A stretch of 64,000 nucleotides of DNA from Acidobacteriota bacterium (GCA_003697135.1 RFGC01000038.1:162320-226319), one strand, 5' to 3'. Positions 51,820 through 62,728 are shown, counted from the first letter of the stretch. Made by a program: numbers and translations. Notes: generated by a model from the sequence alone, not told the origin.

Positions 51820-52428
51820 TTACTCCTCTCTTTTAGCCATTTCACTTTCTCGGAGCGAATAAGAAACAGGCTGCGTGTAGATCAAGCGAAGCCTGTACTC
51901 GGTGTAAGTAAAGTAATCCTTCTTTTGCAGGCTTTGCGATCTAAGCTCAGCACGAAAAATACCCGATGAGTTCATTGACTCTATCATATTTATTACGCTT
52001 TGATAATCACGGCTCAAAACTCCAAATTCAAGCTCTGCTTGTGTCCTATCATCTTTCTGATAAACATTCTCGACGCTGATTCGTGCAACGCTAACTCCTG
52101 AAGGCAAAACCTTCTCCAGGTCGCTCAAGAGCCTAGACCAGCCGAAGTTCTTTTGAGCAACGAGTTTATGAGCGGCTATCAAAAGCGCCTTCTGCTCTGG
52201 TGAAAGTGTTTGTTTAACTTGTTCACTTTTCGCTTTATAGTCTTCGAGTTGTTTTTTTAGCTCTCCAACTTCCTTCTGAACAAGCAAGTTTTGTCCCCTC
52301 GCAGTTTGCAATGAGTTAAACCCATAGACAAAAAACGCAAAAGACGCGGCAAAGATCAAAAAAGCCAAAAGATAAGGAACTTTTTTGTTTCTGAACGGAC
52401 GCGACGAAAGATTAAGATTTTCTATCAT
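51820..52428 (-). CDS. pilN: PilN-like type IV pilus assembly protein
   Basis: N-terminal MIENLNLSSRPFRNKK (INLxxRPF-type PilM-binding motif), TM and coiled coil. 2-nt gap to pilO. Confidence 0.78.
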   Translation of the reverse strand: MIENLNLSSRPFRNKKVPYLLAFLIFAASFAFFVYGFNSLQTARGQNLLVQKEVGELKKQLEDYKAKSEQVKQTLSPEQKALLIAAHKLVAQKNFGWSRLLSDLEKVLPSGVSVARISVENVYQKDDRTQAELEFGVLSRDYQSVINMIESMNSSGIFRAELRSQSLQKKDYFTYTEYRLRLIYTQPVSYSLRESEMAKREE

Positions 52429-52577
52429 CTTTTCTTCGGAAACAGTTTACCACGAATTTTCTGAAAAGTCTTCAACAATTCTTCACGCCCGAAAGTTCGC
52501 AAATGTTGCAGTTTGTTTGTTGGGAAAGTTTTGAACAACTCTTCTCCTTTGAAGCTATCAAGACATTCCTCATCTGT

Positions 52578-55379
52578 TCAAGATTCAGCACCGTGGCATT
52601 TTTTGTATTTTTTGCCCGAACCACAAAAGCAGGGATCGTTGGGCTTTATTTTAGGTTGTTTGCGCACGAAGGGCGTATGCTTTTTGCTTTCCTCACCAGC
52701 AGCGGCAACGCCTTCATAAGCGCTTGTGTAAGCGGCGGCGCCTCTGCGTGCCTTTTGCCTTTTGAGTCTTTCAATTCGCTCGATTTCTTCCTGCTCATCT
52801 CTTACGACAACTTGCAAATTAAACAGAGCCTTGACGGTGTTTATGTCAATTCTATCGAGCATTTCTTGGAACATGTCGAAACTCTGTTTTTTGAATTCAA
52901 CAAGTGGGTCTTTCTGCCCGTAGCCAACAAGCCCAATTCCTTGTCTAAGGTGATCAATCGAAAGCAGATGGTCCTTCCACTGCGCATCAATTATGTTGAG
53001 CATTATAAAGCGTTCGTATGCTCTTAAAGTCTCTGCTCCTATAATCTTTTCCTTTTCTTCGTAATTTGCATAGGCTTTTTGCCAAATTCGTTCTTCGATT
53101 TCAGCAGGACTCATGGTTTTGAAATCTACACCAGCATCAACCGCTGGATCAACGCCGTAAATGCTCTCGATTTCGGCGGCGTAAGTGTCAACATCCCAGT
53201 TATAACGCGGCACCTTCGGATTCAAATACATTTCAGTTAGATCATGAAGCAAATCACGCGCAACGCCGTGTTCACCTACAAGATATTCGCGATGATCTTT
53301 TTCAAACAGCAACCGACGACGCAAACCGTAAATAGTTTCGCGCTGTTTATTCATTACGTCGTCATATTTCAAAACGTATTTCCTTGCCTCAAAATTACGG
53401 GCTTCAACGGCCTTTTGTGCTCGTTCAATTTGCTTGGAAACAGTTTTTGATTCAATCGCAACACCTTTTTCCATTCCAAGCCACTTCATCATCGAGCGAA
53501 GCTTGTCGCCCGCAAAAATGCGCATCAAATCGTCTTCAAGCGAGATTATGAATCTCGAGCTTCCGGGATCGCCTTGACGCCCTGCACGCCCTCGGAGCTG
53601 ATTGTCAATTCGACGTGACTCATGGCGTTCAGTTCCTAGAATGTGAAGCCCGCCGAGTGCAACTACCTCTTCGTGTTCTTTCTCGACTATTGCCTTCGCT
53701 TCCCTTAGGGCTTCTTCATACTGTTCAGGCGTAGCTTCATCAGGATTTATTTCTTTTCGCTTCAAAAACTCGCGTGCCAAAAACTCCGGATTTCCGCCTA
53801 AAAGAATATCAGTTCCGCGTCCTGCCATGTTCGTTGCAATCGTAACCGCACCTTTGCGACCAGCTTGAGCAACTATTTCTGCCTCTCTTGCATGATATTT
53901 CGCATTCAGCACGTTATGCGGAATTCCCAACTTCTTGAGCCTTTCAGAAATCAACTCTGAATTTTCTACCGAAACCGTCCCGACCAGAATAGGCTGTCCT
54001 TTTTCGTATTTCTCCTGAATCTCCTTAACCACAGCGTCCCATTTTTCCTCCAGAGTTCGGTAAATTACGTCTGGATAATCTTTGCGTATCATGGGCTTGT
54101 GCGTGGGAATAACGATGACGTCAAGGTTATAAACAGTCGCAAATTCTTCGGCTTCGGTTTCGGCAGTGCCTGTCATTCCGGCTAGCTTTTCATAAAGTCG
54201 GAAGTAATTTTGCAAGGTTATAGTCGCAAGTGTTTGATTTTCTCTTTCTATTTTGACACCTTCTTTAGCTTCAATTGCCTGATGAAGCCCATCTGACCAG
54301 CGCCTGCCGTGCATCAACCTGCCCGTAAAATCATCAACTATGATTACCTGTCCGTCTTGAACAACGTAATGATGATCTCGCTTATAAAGCGTGTGAGCTT
54401 TGAGAGCCTGCTCAACACAATGAAGAATCTCCATGTTCGCAGGATCATAAAGATTTGAAATCCCGAGTAGTTTCTCCACCTTCGCAATTCCCTGCTCCGT
54501 CAAAACGGCCGAATGATTTTTTTCGTCAACTATGTAATCACCCGTAGTAACTTTTGTCTCTTCGTCCTTGTGTCCGCGCTGTAGTTTCGGAATTATGTCA
54601 TTTGCAATGTAGTATTTGTCGGTGGCTTCTTCCGAAGGTCCTGAAATTATAAGCGGCGTTCTGGCTTCGTCAATCAAGATTGAATCAACTTCGTCCACGA
54701 TTGCATAGTAATGCCCGCGCTGGACGAGCGACTCGACGTCATATTTCATGTTATCGCGCAGATAATCAAAACCGAATTCGTTATTCGTCCCGTATGTAAT
54801 ATCACAAGCATAGGCCTCTTTTCTTTCTCGGTCGTCCATGTGGTTTTGAATGCATCCAACCGTCAAGCCGAGAAAACGATATATTTTGCCCATCCATTCA
54901 GCATCGCGCGAGGCAAGATAATCATTCACGGTGACAACATGAACGCCGCGGCCTGTCAAGGCATTAAGATAACTTGGCAAAGTCGCAACAAGAGTTTTTC
55001 CTTCACCGGTTTTCATCTCTGCAATTCTGCCTTGATGAAGCGCTATCCCACCGATGAGCTGAACGTCAAAATGACGCATGCCTGTTGTTCTTACAGAAGC
55101 CTCGCGAACAACGGCAAAGGCTTCAGGCAATAACTCATCGAGAATCTGCTGTTCACGTTTCAAGCGCTTCTCAGGGTCTTCGATGCCTTCAACAGCTTTG
55201 GCTACTATCTCTTTGAACTTAAAGGTCTTAGCCCGTAGCTCCTCATCAGAAAGCTTCTGCATCATAGGCTCAAGCTCATTGATTCTCTGAATCGTTGGGC
55301 GAACCGCTTTCAAAAATCTTTCACTCGTAGAACCAAAAATTTTCTTGAAAATCTTGTCAACTATTGGATTCACTGGCAT
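52578..55379 (-). CDS. secA: Preprotein translocase ATPase SecA
   Basis: [14 protein letters not shown] (Walker A), [29 protein letters not shown], and the C-terminal Zn finger [14 protein letters not shown]. Confidence 0.97.
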   Translation of the reverse strand: MPVNPIVDKIFKKIFGSTSERFLKAVRPTIQRINELEPMMQKLSDEELRAKTFKFKEIVAKAVEGIEDPEKRLKREQQILDELLPEAFAVVREASVRTTGMRHFDVQLIGGIALHQGRIAEMKTGEGKTLVATLPSYLNALTGRGVHVVTVNDYLASRDAEWMGKIYRFLGLTVGCIQNHMDDRERKEAYACDITYGTNNEFGFDYLRDNMKYDVESLVQRGHYYAIVDEVDSILIDEARTPLIISGPSEEATDKYYIANDIIPKLQRGHKDEETKVTTGDYIVDEKNHSAVLTEQGIAKVEKLLGISNLYDPANMEILHCVEQALKAHTLYKRDHHYVVQDGQVIIVDDFTGRLMHGRRWSDGLHQAIEAKEGVKIERENQTLATITLQNYFRLYEKLAGMTGTAETEAEEFATVYNLDVIVIPTHKPMIRKDYPDVIYRTLEEKWDAVVKEIQEKYEKGQPILVGTVSVENSELISERLKKLGIPHNVLNAKYHAREAEIVAQAGRKGAVTIATNMAGRGTDILLGGNPEFLAREFLKRKEINPDEATPEQYEEALREAKAIVEKEHEEVVALGGLHILGTERHESRRIDNQLRGRAGRQGDPGSSRFIISLEDDLMRIFAGDKLRSMMKWLGMEKGVAIESKTVSKQIERAQKAVEARNFEARKYVLKYDDVMNKQRETIYGLRRRLLFEKDHREYLVGEHGVARDLLHDLTEMYLNPKVPRYNWDVDTYAAEIESIYGVDPAVDAGVDFKTMSPAEIEERIWQKAYANYEEKEKIIGAETLRAYERFIMLNIIDAQWKDHLLSIDHLRQGIGLVGYGQKDPLVEFKKQSFDMFQEMLDRIDINTVKALFNLQVVVRDEQEEIERIERLKRQKARRGAAAYTSAYEGVAAAGEESKKHTPFVRKQPKIKPNDPCFCGSGKKYKKCHGAES

Positions 55380-55493
55380 AACTTTTGTCTCCGTTTTCTG
55401 CGATTTTATCGAATGTTTAACATCTTGAAAGTGAGAGATCGTCTTGGGTTAGAAAACCCAAGCCGTAAATTCACTGAAGGCAAACTTCAGAAG

Positions 55494-56066
55494 CTAGATT
55501 GATGCACGCGGGAAACAGTGAACAACCAAGATTTTGCCAACGCTGTTTGCGATCTTGCTAATTTCGTAAACTTGCGTTTTTAGAGTGCTTTGAATTGATA
55601 AGTCAAGCTCTTCAAAAATCCTGCCGAGAAAAAGATAAGGTATTCCCGAAAATCTAAAACTGTCCGTCTTTGAATCTACTCGGTTTTCCCTATCAAAACC
55701 AAAAGCCAGCAAAGTTTGCTTCGGTTTTGCTTCTAGAGAAACTGATGAAAAAGCTACGACGAAAGCACCGTAAGATTCAAAAACTCTCAGCAATCTTCTA
55801 GTAGCAACAAAATCGGTTTGTTTAGAGAAATTCTTGCTGAGTTCTTCGGCGATTTTGAAACTAAAGCTTGCAAAACTTGTGTTCTGTTCATCTTCGACCT
55901 TAAAACCACTCAAGTCATTAAGATCGAAGTCAAACAGGTCATTGCTGAATACGTTTTTTGCTTGCAAAGTCTCACGCAAAACAGAAGGCGAAGCGCCCGC
56001 AAAAATCAAGCTCAAACAAACAAAAGTAGCTAAAAATCCCCAATTTTTTCCTTGCTTCGATTTCAT
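55494..56066 (-). CDS. Hypothetical secreted protein
   Basis: 190-aa ORF with a signal peptide. ATGA start/stop overlap with the upstream gene. Confidence 0.62.
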   Translation of the reverse strand: MKSKQGKNWGFLATFVCLSLIFAGASPSVLRETLQAKNVFSNDLFDFDLNDLSGFKVEDEQNTSFASFSFKIAEELSKNFSKQTDFVATRRLLRVFESYGAFVVAFSSVSLEAKPKQTLLAFGFDRENRVDSKTDSFRFSGIPYLFLGRIFEELDLSIQSTLKTQVYEISKIANSVGKILVVHCFPRASI

Positions 56067-57460
56067 CCTTCTCTGCTTTCAAGTCTTTTCCCTGACAAAT
56101 CGCTGTTCGGTTTTTTCTGCTTTTCCTGAAGACTTCGCAGGTTTTTCTCTATCAACTCCATTTTTTCATTATGCGGTATTTTGAAATTAACAACAAACAG
56201 ATTGCCCTGTGAAGTGATTTCAGCTCTACTGATTAGCTTTGCTTCATCAGATTCGGGATTCATGTTTGATAAAGCGCCTCTGATAATCAAGCTTACACTG
56301 CTTCTTATTGAAGAAGCCCGATTAGGCGTTCCGGCATCAGAAGTTATCACCGCCTGAAGATGCTCTTTGTTTTGAGAAAACGTAATTTTGACCGATCTTA
56401 TGCCGACATCATAAAGAGTGCGTAAAAGCTGTGAATCACTGAAAGCCGATATAGCTTCTTTTGCAACTTCAACCATCTTAGCATCGCTTTCAGGCTTCGC
56501 TGAATAAGTTGCATCAATGAGCTTTCCGAATTCATTTAAGTTTGCCTTAATTTCAATCTCAAAAGGTGCATTCAAGTCGAGTTCTTTATTCAAAATTGCG
56601 GTTCCGTATTTTATCCCGAAATCTTCCAAAGGCTTTTTGTTAAAGAGCTTTTCTTCTTCGAGCTTCTTTTCTTGCGCTGTTTGATCAGCATTCACATTGG
56701 TATTCTGGTTTGCATTTTGACTTACGCTTTGATTTGCGTTCACATTTGGATTCGCATTAGAAGCAACGTTAATGTCGTTCTGCGTCGGATTCAAAGTCGG
56801 GATTTTCTTTTCGTCTATATTTGCCAAAGCATCGGGAGTCTTATTTTCCGTGCGTTTGCTGAAATCAGGTAGCGGGCGATTTCTTGGTCTCTTTGGTTTT
56901 GGGGAAGTGTCATTAAGGGAAGGCGGCTTCGGCAAATCGCCGATCACGGGATTTGGATTCGGAGTCGGTAGAGTTTGCGGTTGAGTTATATCAAGCGGTA
57001 TGCCCGGAATCTGGTTATTTTCCGTAACAGAAAACGAATTTTGCTCACTCATCTCTCTTGCCAGGGCAAAATAACCGGGCGGATAGGTGAATCTATCGGT
57101 TACATCTACAAAAGTAACTTCTAAATCTTCCGTGAGTTCGGTCTTTTCGTATTCTCGTGAAGAAAATTCTGTATCGGTGCCTAGAAATTTTGTGGCAACA
57201 TAGACAGTATCTAAAACCTGGCAAACCTTACCAATATAAGGGCTATCGCAGGCTTTGCTACCGAATAAATCTACTTGCGATATAAGTGCTATCGAAAGAA
57301 CATGAATAAGAACAGAAGCTATAATGCCCTTGTAAAGCCAATCGGAATACTTCCAGCCCTTTATCTCGTATTCATGAAAAATTTCTCTGCTGTCTTGAAA
57401 AATTCCTTCGCTTTGAAAAATCTCTTCGTTCATAGCCTTTCTGTTTAGACGCCTCACCAA
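56063..57460 (-). CDS. Hypothetical membrane-anchored protein with Pro-rich and Asn/Gln-rich linkers
   Basis: 465 aa. TM (IIASVLIHVLSIALI), then PQTLPTPNPNPVIGDLPKPPS...PKPKRPRNRPLP, then NANPNVNANQSVSQNANQNTNVNADQ, then a globular C-terminus of about 190 aa. Confidence 0.68.
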   Translation of the reverse strand: MVRRLNRKAMNEEIFQSEGIFQDSREIFHEYEIKGWKYSDWLYKGIIASVLIHVLSIALISQVDLFGSKACDSPYIGKVCQVLDTVYVATKFLGTDTEFSSREYEKTELTEDLEVTFVDVTDRFTYPPGYFALAREMSEQNSFSVTENNQIPGIPLDITQPQTLPTPNPNPVIGDLPKPPSLNDTSPKPKRPRNRPLPDFSKRTENKTPDALANIDEKKIPTLNPTQNDINVASNANPNVNANQSVSQNANQNTNVNADQTAQEKKLEEEKLFNKKPLEDFGIKYGTAILNKELDLNAPFEIEIKANLNEFGKLIDATYSAKPESDAKMVEVAKEAISAFSDSQLLRTLYDVGIRSVKITFSQNKEHLQAVITSDAGTPNRASSIRSSVSLIIRGALSNMNPESDEAKLISRAEITSQGNLFVVNFKIPHNEKMELIEKNLRSLQEKQKKPNSDLSGKRLESREG

Positions 57461-57505
57461 GCGAAGTAGTTGCGATTACTATGCTAACATTTCCGAGAAA
57501 AATAG

Positions 57506-60500
57506 TCACTCTTCAAATTCTATCGCATCGGCTTTCGTAGTTTCCGATTCTTCTTCATCTTCTTCTCTGAGTATCGAAGCGCTGGTGACGAAATCATCGC
57601 TGTTTGTGTTGATCAAGATAACTCCTTGAGCGCTTCTTCCGGTTTCGCGAATTTTATCAACGCCTATTCTTATCAATTTACCTTGCCTTGTGATGATCAT
57701 GACCTCAGAATTTTCATCAACCGGAAAAGCGGCAACTACGTTTCCAGTTTTTTCCGTGACTTTCATGTTTATAACGCCGTAAGCTCCGCGCTTGGTCAAA
57801 CGGTAACTGCTTACCTGAGTTTGTTTCCCATAGCCTTTTTCCGATATTGAGAGGATTTTCTCGCTACCCTCGGGCGAAACTGCACAGGCTGAAACTACAA
57901 AATCACCGTCTCTTAATGAAATCCCGCGAACGCCCATAGCGACTCTTCCCATCGGACGGACATCTGATTCATCAAATCTAACAGCCATTCCTCGTCCTGT
58001 TGCTATAAAAATCTGCTTTTTGCCATCGGTAAGCATTGCGGTTATAAGCTCATCACCTTCGGACACTTTTATTGCATTTATGCCGCTTGAACGAATGTTT
58101 TGATACTCGGAAAGCGGAGTCTTTTTGATCGTTCCTTCTTTCGTAACCATCGTTACGTATGCGTCCAAATTGAAATCACGAATCGGCAAGACTGCAACAA
58201 TCTTTTTGTCCGAAGGAATCGGCAAAAGATTGACTATAGCCTTTCCTCTTGCCGAAGGCTCAGCTTCGGGTATTTCGTGAACTTTGAGTTTATAGACCTG
58301 CCCGTCATTTGTAAAAATCATCAAATATGCGTGAGTTGAAGCAATAAACAGATGCTCGACAAAATCTTCGTCTTTTGCCTTTGCGCCCAATTTTCCTTTT
58401 CCGCCTCGCCGTTGTCTCGAATAACTCGTAACCGGAGTTCGCTTTATGTAGCCCATTTTCGTTACGGTTATCACCACATCTTCATCTGCAATCAGGTCTT
58501 CTATTTTGATTTCAACTCCGGCATCAACTATTTCGGTTCTTCTCGGATCGCCAAATTGTTTTTTTATTTCCTGAAGTTCCTTTATGATAACCTGCCTTAA
58601 AAGTTTCTCACTTGCCAAAATCGCTTCAAGTTCTGAGATTTGCTTTAGAAGTTGCTCAAGCTCATCAATTATTTTTTGCCTTTCCAGAGCAGACAATCGC
58701 CTCAGTTGCAAATCCAAAATAGCCTGTGCTTGAATTTCCGAAAAATTCAGCCTTGCTATGGCTTTTTCCAAATCTTTCAAAAATCCCGAAACTGTCTTAT
58801 CGGAAGGTATGCCGCGCCAGTTTTTGACTTCGTAAAGAGTTGAAAAGTCTCCAGTAAGCCAAGCCTTCGCCTCTTCAATTGAGCGCGAATTTCTGATAAG
58901 CGGAATTATGTAATCGAGTGCATCAATAGCTTTGTTCAAGCCTTCCAAAACATGAGCGCGGGCTTTGGCTTTTTTCAGCTCATATTCAGTCCGTCTTCTA
59001 ACAACTTCACGGCGAAAGTTTACAAACGCCTCAAGAAGCTGTTTGAGATTCAAAATCTTTGGCTGACCATTAACCAAAGCCAGATTGATTATGCCGAAGC
59101 TGGACTGCATCGGCGTTAGCTTATAAAGCTTGTTCAAAATGACCTGAGCGGTAGCACCTCGTTTGAGTTCAAGAACTACTCTGATGCCTTCTCTGTTGGA
59201 CTCATCACGAATTTCTGCAATGTCTTCCAGCTTTCTTTCCTGTATCAATTCGGCAATCTTCTCGATAAGTTTCGCCTTGTTTACCTGATATGGAATTTCC
59301 GTTATAACGATAGCGTCACGCGAACTTGAACCGTGTTCGATTCTGTCTATTGCCGCTTTTGCGCGAATCTGAATCACGCCTCGGCCTTCTTTGTAAGCCC
59401 TGTAAATACCTTCGCGACCGTAGATGAAACCTCCTGTAGGAAAATCAGGCCCCGGAACATATTTGATTAGCTCATCAATTGTGATGTCTGGGTTTTTTAT
59501 CAGTTCTATCGTTGCGTCAATTATCTCCGATAAATTGTGCGGCGGAATCTTCGTAGCCATGCCTACGGCAATTCCTTCAGAGCCATTCACCAAAAGATTC
59601 GGAAAACGCGCAGGCAAAACGACCGGCTCGGAAAGTGAATCATCGTAATTCGGCTGAAAATCAACGGTCTCTTTTTCGATGTCTGCAAGAAGTTCTTCAG
59701 CTATCCTTGCCATTCTAACTTCCGTGTATCTTTGAGCCGCCGCAAGGTCGCCATCAATACTGCCAAAATTTCCCTGTCCATCAATCAAGGGATAACGCAT
59801 CGAAAACGACTGCGCCATTCTAACAATGGTCTCATAAACGGCCATGTCACCGTGCGGATGATATTTACCTAAACAGTTATGAACCGCACAACCCTGAACC
59901 AAGAATTCATGTCCTTCATCTTCGATTTCAACATCGAAAGTTTCAGCTCTCTCGCCTTTGTCAACAACCGTAACGCATTCAACAATCGAGTAATTCTTAA
60001 CTATGTCTTCGAGTTTTTCTACAATCAGTGAATCTGTATCGTTCAGATTTGCCAAAATACTGCTAGATTCTGCACGTAAATTCTCTTGCGTCAAAAACGT
60101 TCGATTCAAAATTTCATAGGTCGCTTTCAGCTCAGTTTTCAAATAAGGACGAATCCAATCAAAAAAGCGCAGAGCAGTTTTGCCTCTCAACTTCAAAGCA
60201 AATTTCTCTAGACAACTGTTCTCTATACTGTCAACAATCTCTTTGCTTTCATTTGCAGTGCCGTGCAAACCTACATCAGCAAGCATTGCTTGAATTTGCA
60301 AGACAAGAGACTTTGAAGCAGCAGACAAGACCACTTCATGCGTAGAAATCCCAAAATCAGCGATTCCAATAGCCTGGACTCCTTTAACTCTCTGAATCCC
60401 AGAGATTTTGGAACTTTTAAGTGCATTGTAATCGAAGTCATTAACGCTTAAAGAAAAAACTCCCTGAACCAAACCAGCAAGGAAAGGCGCAAAAAGCCTT

Positions 60501-61117
60501 CTATCTTCCAAAATCCAGAAAGGAATCTCGTTTGAAAATTCTTTGGCGAGAAGGAAGCCTGCTTTGCAGGCTGAGTTTATTTTTTCTTGGCTGTTGTGAG
60601 TTTCTGGAAGATTGAATTTTTCAGGACTAGAAACCAAAACCTTTTTTCCTGCCAGATTTTCAGCGTATTCCCAAACTATTTCGAGATCATTTGTCAAAAC
60701 ACGAAACTTTTGCTTTTTCGTAACCTTCAGCGAACATCCATTTGAGAGAAAAACTTCGACAATTTCCGAAGGTGGATTGTGATAAGTTTGAATGACGCGG
60801 CTTGTTTTGCCATTCGGCATTAAAACCGACTCACCGATCTCGATTTTCTCAATCGGTTTCAAACCCTTTGCAGTATGAACCAAACTCCCCGCAACAAAAC
60901 ATTCGCCGACAATACGGGCTGACTTTTTGTAAGGTTTGTTATGCGTATTTCCCAGCTCGTGCATCGCCCACAGAACGCGACGGTGAACTGGTTTTAGTCC
61001 ATCGCGAACATCAGGCAAAGCACGCCCAATGATTACGCTCATAGCGTAATCCAAATAAGAACGCCGCATTTCGTCTTCAATGCTAACTTGGCTCGTTATA
61101 AAATCTTTTGTCTGCAT
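57506..61117 (-). CDS. gyrA: DNA gyrase subunit A, interrupted in frame by an intein
   Basis: [37 protein letters not shown], active-site [10 protein letters not shown], and a C-terminal beta-pinwheel with an acidic tail. It is 1203 aa; without residues 73-414 it is 861 aa. Confidence 0.95.
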   Translation of the reverse strand: MQTKDFITSQVSIEDEMRRSYLDYAMSVIIGRALPDVRDGLKPVHRRVLWAMHELGNTHNKPYKKSARIVGECFVAGSLVHTAKGLKPIEKIEIGESVLMPNGKTSRVIQTYHNPPSEIVEVFLSNGCSLKVTKKQKFRVLTNDLEIVWEYAENLAGKKVLVSSPEKFNLPETHNSQEKINSACKAGFLLAKEFSNEIPFWILEDRRLFAPFLAGLVQGVFSLSVNDFDYNALKSSKISGIQRVKGVQAIGIADFGISTHEVVLSAASKSLVLQIQAMLADVGLHGTANESKEIVDSIENSCLEKFALKLRGKTALRFFDWIRPYLKTELKATYEILNRTFLTQENLRAESSSILANLNDTDSLIVEKLEDIVKNYSIVECVTVVDKGERAETFDVEIEDEGHEFLVQGCAVHNCLGKYHPHGDMAVYETIVRMAQSFSMRYPLIDGQGNFGSIDGDLAAAQRYTEVRMARIAEELLADIEKETVDFQPNYDDSLSEPVVLPARFPNLLVNGSEGIAVGMATKIPPHNLSEIIDATIELIKNPDITIDELIKYVPGPDFPTGGFIYGREGIYRAYKEGRGVIQIRAKAAIDRIEHGSSSRDAIVITEIPYQVNKAKLIEKIAELIQERKLEDIAEIRDESNREGIRVVLELKRGATAQVILNKLYKLTPMQSSFGIINLALVNGQPKILNLKQLLEAFVNFRREVVRRRTEYELKKAKARAHVLEGLNKAIDALDYIIPLIRNSRSIEEAKAWLTGDFSTLYEVKNWRGIPSDKTVSGFLKDLEKAIARLNFSEIQAQAILDLQLRRLSALERQKIIDELEQLLKQISELEAILASEKLLRQVIIKELQEIKKQFGDPRRTEIVDAGVEIKIEDLIADEDVVITVTKMGYIKRTPVTSYSRQRRGGKGKLGAKAKDEDFVEHLFIASTHAYLMIFTNDGQVYKLKVHEIPEAEPSARGKAIVNLLPIPSDKKIVAVLPIRDFNLDAYVTMVTKEGTIKKTPLSEYQNIRSSGINAIKVSEGDELITAMLTDGKKQIFIATGRGMAVRFDESDVRPMGRVAMGVRGISLRDGDFVVSACAVSPEGSEKILSISEKGYGKQTQVSSYRLTKRGAYGVINMKVTEKTGNVVAAFPVDENSEVMIITRQGKLIRIGVDKIRETGRSAQGVILINTNSDDFVTSASILREEDEEESETTKADAIEFEE
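59876..60901 (-). mobile_element. Intein (342 aa) within gyrA
   Basis: The extein ...KSARIVGE is followed by [10 protein letters not shown] (block A). The element ends in [23 protein letters not shown] (blocks F/G) and is followed by +1 Cys, then LGKYHPHGD. The central region carries a LAGLIDADG-like [11 protein letters not shown]. Codons were checked: TGT at 60901-60899, AAC at 59878-59876, TGT at 59875-59873. Confidence 0.85.
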
Positions 61118-61299
61118 ATCTTTTCGTCAGGTAAATACCAAAACTAAAATTTTACAGGCATTTTGGCTATCTAACAAATTTGGCTTTTTGGCGCCCGTGT
61201 GTTCGGTTTTTCAAGAATGTTAAATCATAGCTGATGGTAGAGTTCACGAAGTCTCAAAGGATTCTGCCGTTTTGATTTGAAAACATGAGATGCAAGTTT

Positions 61300-62298
61300 T
61301 CAGGACTGAGACTTCAGCGGTTCTTTTGTATTTTCGTATTTTTCTAAAACATCAAGTAGTGTTGGCTTTTCGGTTTCTACATCTAAAATTTTGGCGCCGT
61401 TTTGCACCAGCACTTCAAGAACTTCACTCAAAACACTGTCGCCCACTTCACGCGTAAAGGTAAGAACAGTGGTTTCATCTTGCTTCTCGATTGAAAAGTT
61501 TTTGAGCCACTTCAGGCTATCGAAATGATTTGTCCCGAAAAATGTTATGGAAACTTGCTCGGTTTGTTTATGTTTTCTTTTGAGATTTTCGGGAGTGTCA
61601 ATGTCTTGAATCTCACCTTTCGAGATTATTGCAACCCTATGGCAAAGCTCTTCTATCTCTGATAGATTATGAGAAGTCAACAGGATAGAAACGCCTTTCA
61701 GTGAAGCTATTAAAGCCCGCATCTCGGCCGCCGCTAATGGATCAAGCGATCTTGTAGGCTCATCAAGAAGCAACACTTCAGGATTCGGTAGCAAAGCGCG
61801 CGCTACTGCTAAACGCTGTCTATTGCCTGTTGAAAGTTCTGAAAATCGTCTTTTGGCAAGCGAAGTTAAATTCAGTTTCTCGAAAAGCTCATAAATTCTT
61901 TTCTTAGCCTCACGATCACTCATTGAGTAAAGTCGGGCAAAAAACATCATGTTCTGCTCGCAACTCAAACGCCAGTAAAACGAGCGTTCCTCAGCCGTAG
62001 CTAAGCCTATCAAAGAACGAACCTTTACTTCATCACGCACAGAATCGTATCCCTTTACCAAAACCCTGCCACTCGTCGGCTGAATCAAAGTAGCTATGAT
62101 TTTCGTTAGCGTTGTCTTTCCTGCACCGTTTTTGCCAATTAGTCCAAAAATCTCCCCTTCTTCTATCCCAAACGAAACATTTTTCAGAGCCTCTACAGGC
62201 GGATTGAATTTTATCCCAAGAAACTTTTTCAAGCGTGGAAAGGAAACCGGATAGGTTTTTGAAATGTTTTCTACTAAAACCGCAAACTGTGAAGACAT
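61300..62298 (-). CDS. ABC transporter ATP-binding protein (ABC-2/DrrA-like, with a C-terminal extension)
   Basis: Walker A GKNGAGKTT, signature LSTGNRQRL, Walker B LLLDEPT and an H-loop SHN. Confidence 0.93.
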   Translation of the reverse strand: MSSQFAVLVENISKTYPVSFPRLKKFLGIKFNPPVEALKNVSFGIEEGEIFGLIGKNGAGKTTLTKIIATLIQPTSGRVLVKGYDSVRDEVKVRSLIGLATAEERSFYWRLSCEQNMMFFARLYSMSDREAKKRIYELFEKLNLTSLAKRRFSELSTGNRQRLAVARALLPNPEVLLLDEPTRSLDPLAAAEMRALIASLKGVSILLTSHNLSEIEELCHRVAIISKGEIQDIDTPENLKRKHKQTEQVSITFFGTNHFDSLKWLKNFSIEKQDETTVLTFTREVGDSVLSEVLEVLVQNGAKILDVETEKPTLLDVLEKYENTKEPLKSQS

Positions 62299-62428
62299 TT
62301 TTGCTAAACTTAAAATGCTTTCTCTATGTTCATTTTACAAAAAACGCGCAATTTATTGCGTGCGCGAATTGCGAAAAAGCTCGATTCTTTGGAATCGCTT
62401 TCTTGAGCTCAAGAAATTTTGTCTCGGC

Positions 62429-62457
62429 TTGACAAAAACCCAAGCAGAAAATATATT
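62429..62457 (+). promoter_or_regulatory. Sigma-70-like promoter for tRNA-Thr
   Basis: TTGACA (62429-62434), a 17-nt spacer, then TATATT (62452-62457), 13 nt before the tRNA 5' end. Confidence 0.45.
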
Positions 62458-62470
62458 TTGATTTGAACAA

Positions 62471-62543
62471 GCCACCTTAGCTCAGTTGGTAGAGCATTCG
62501 ATTCGTAATCGAAAGGTCGTCGGTTCAAGTCCGACAGGTGGCT
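62471..62543 (+). tRNA. tRNA-Thr, anticodon CGU
   Basis: Manual cloverleaf: acceptor GCCACCT/AGGTGGC, D arm GCTC-AGTTGGTA-GAGC, anticodon arm TTCGA-TTCGTAA-TCGAA, variable AGGTC, T arm GTCGG-TTCAAGT-CCGAC, discriminator T. CCA is not encoded. Confidence 0.93.
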
Positions 62544-62728
62544 TTTGAAATTTTTTCAACTCAAGTCCCGCTCTAAAAATCTGAATTTTAACTTTCCCTC
62601 AAAGCATACTTGGCAACGGTAACCTTGAAAAACGAAAGATTTTTTTTGACCTGATACAACTTATCAAACTTGGTGCGCCATCGAAATCGGCGGGAAATCC
62701 CCAGAAAACCTTAGAAAAAGGAGGTTAT

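Noticed and set aside
62471-62728. tRNA-Thr as an integration hotspot (genomic island or prophage att site).
   Set aside because: No integrase, no direct repeat of the tRNA 3' end and no foreign-looking genes lie downstream. The next gene is an ordinary PDZ protein.
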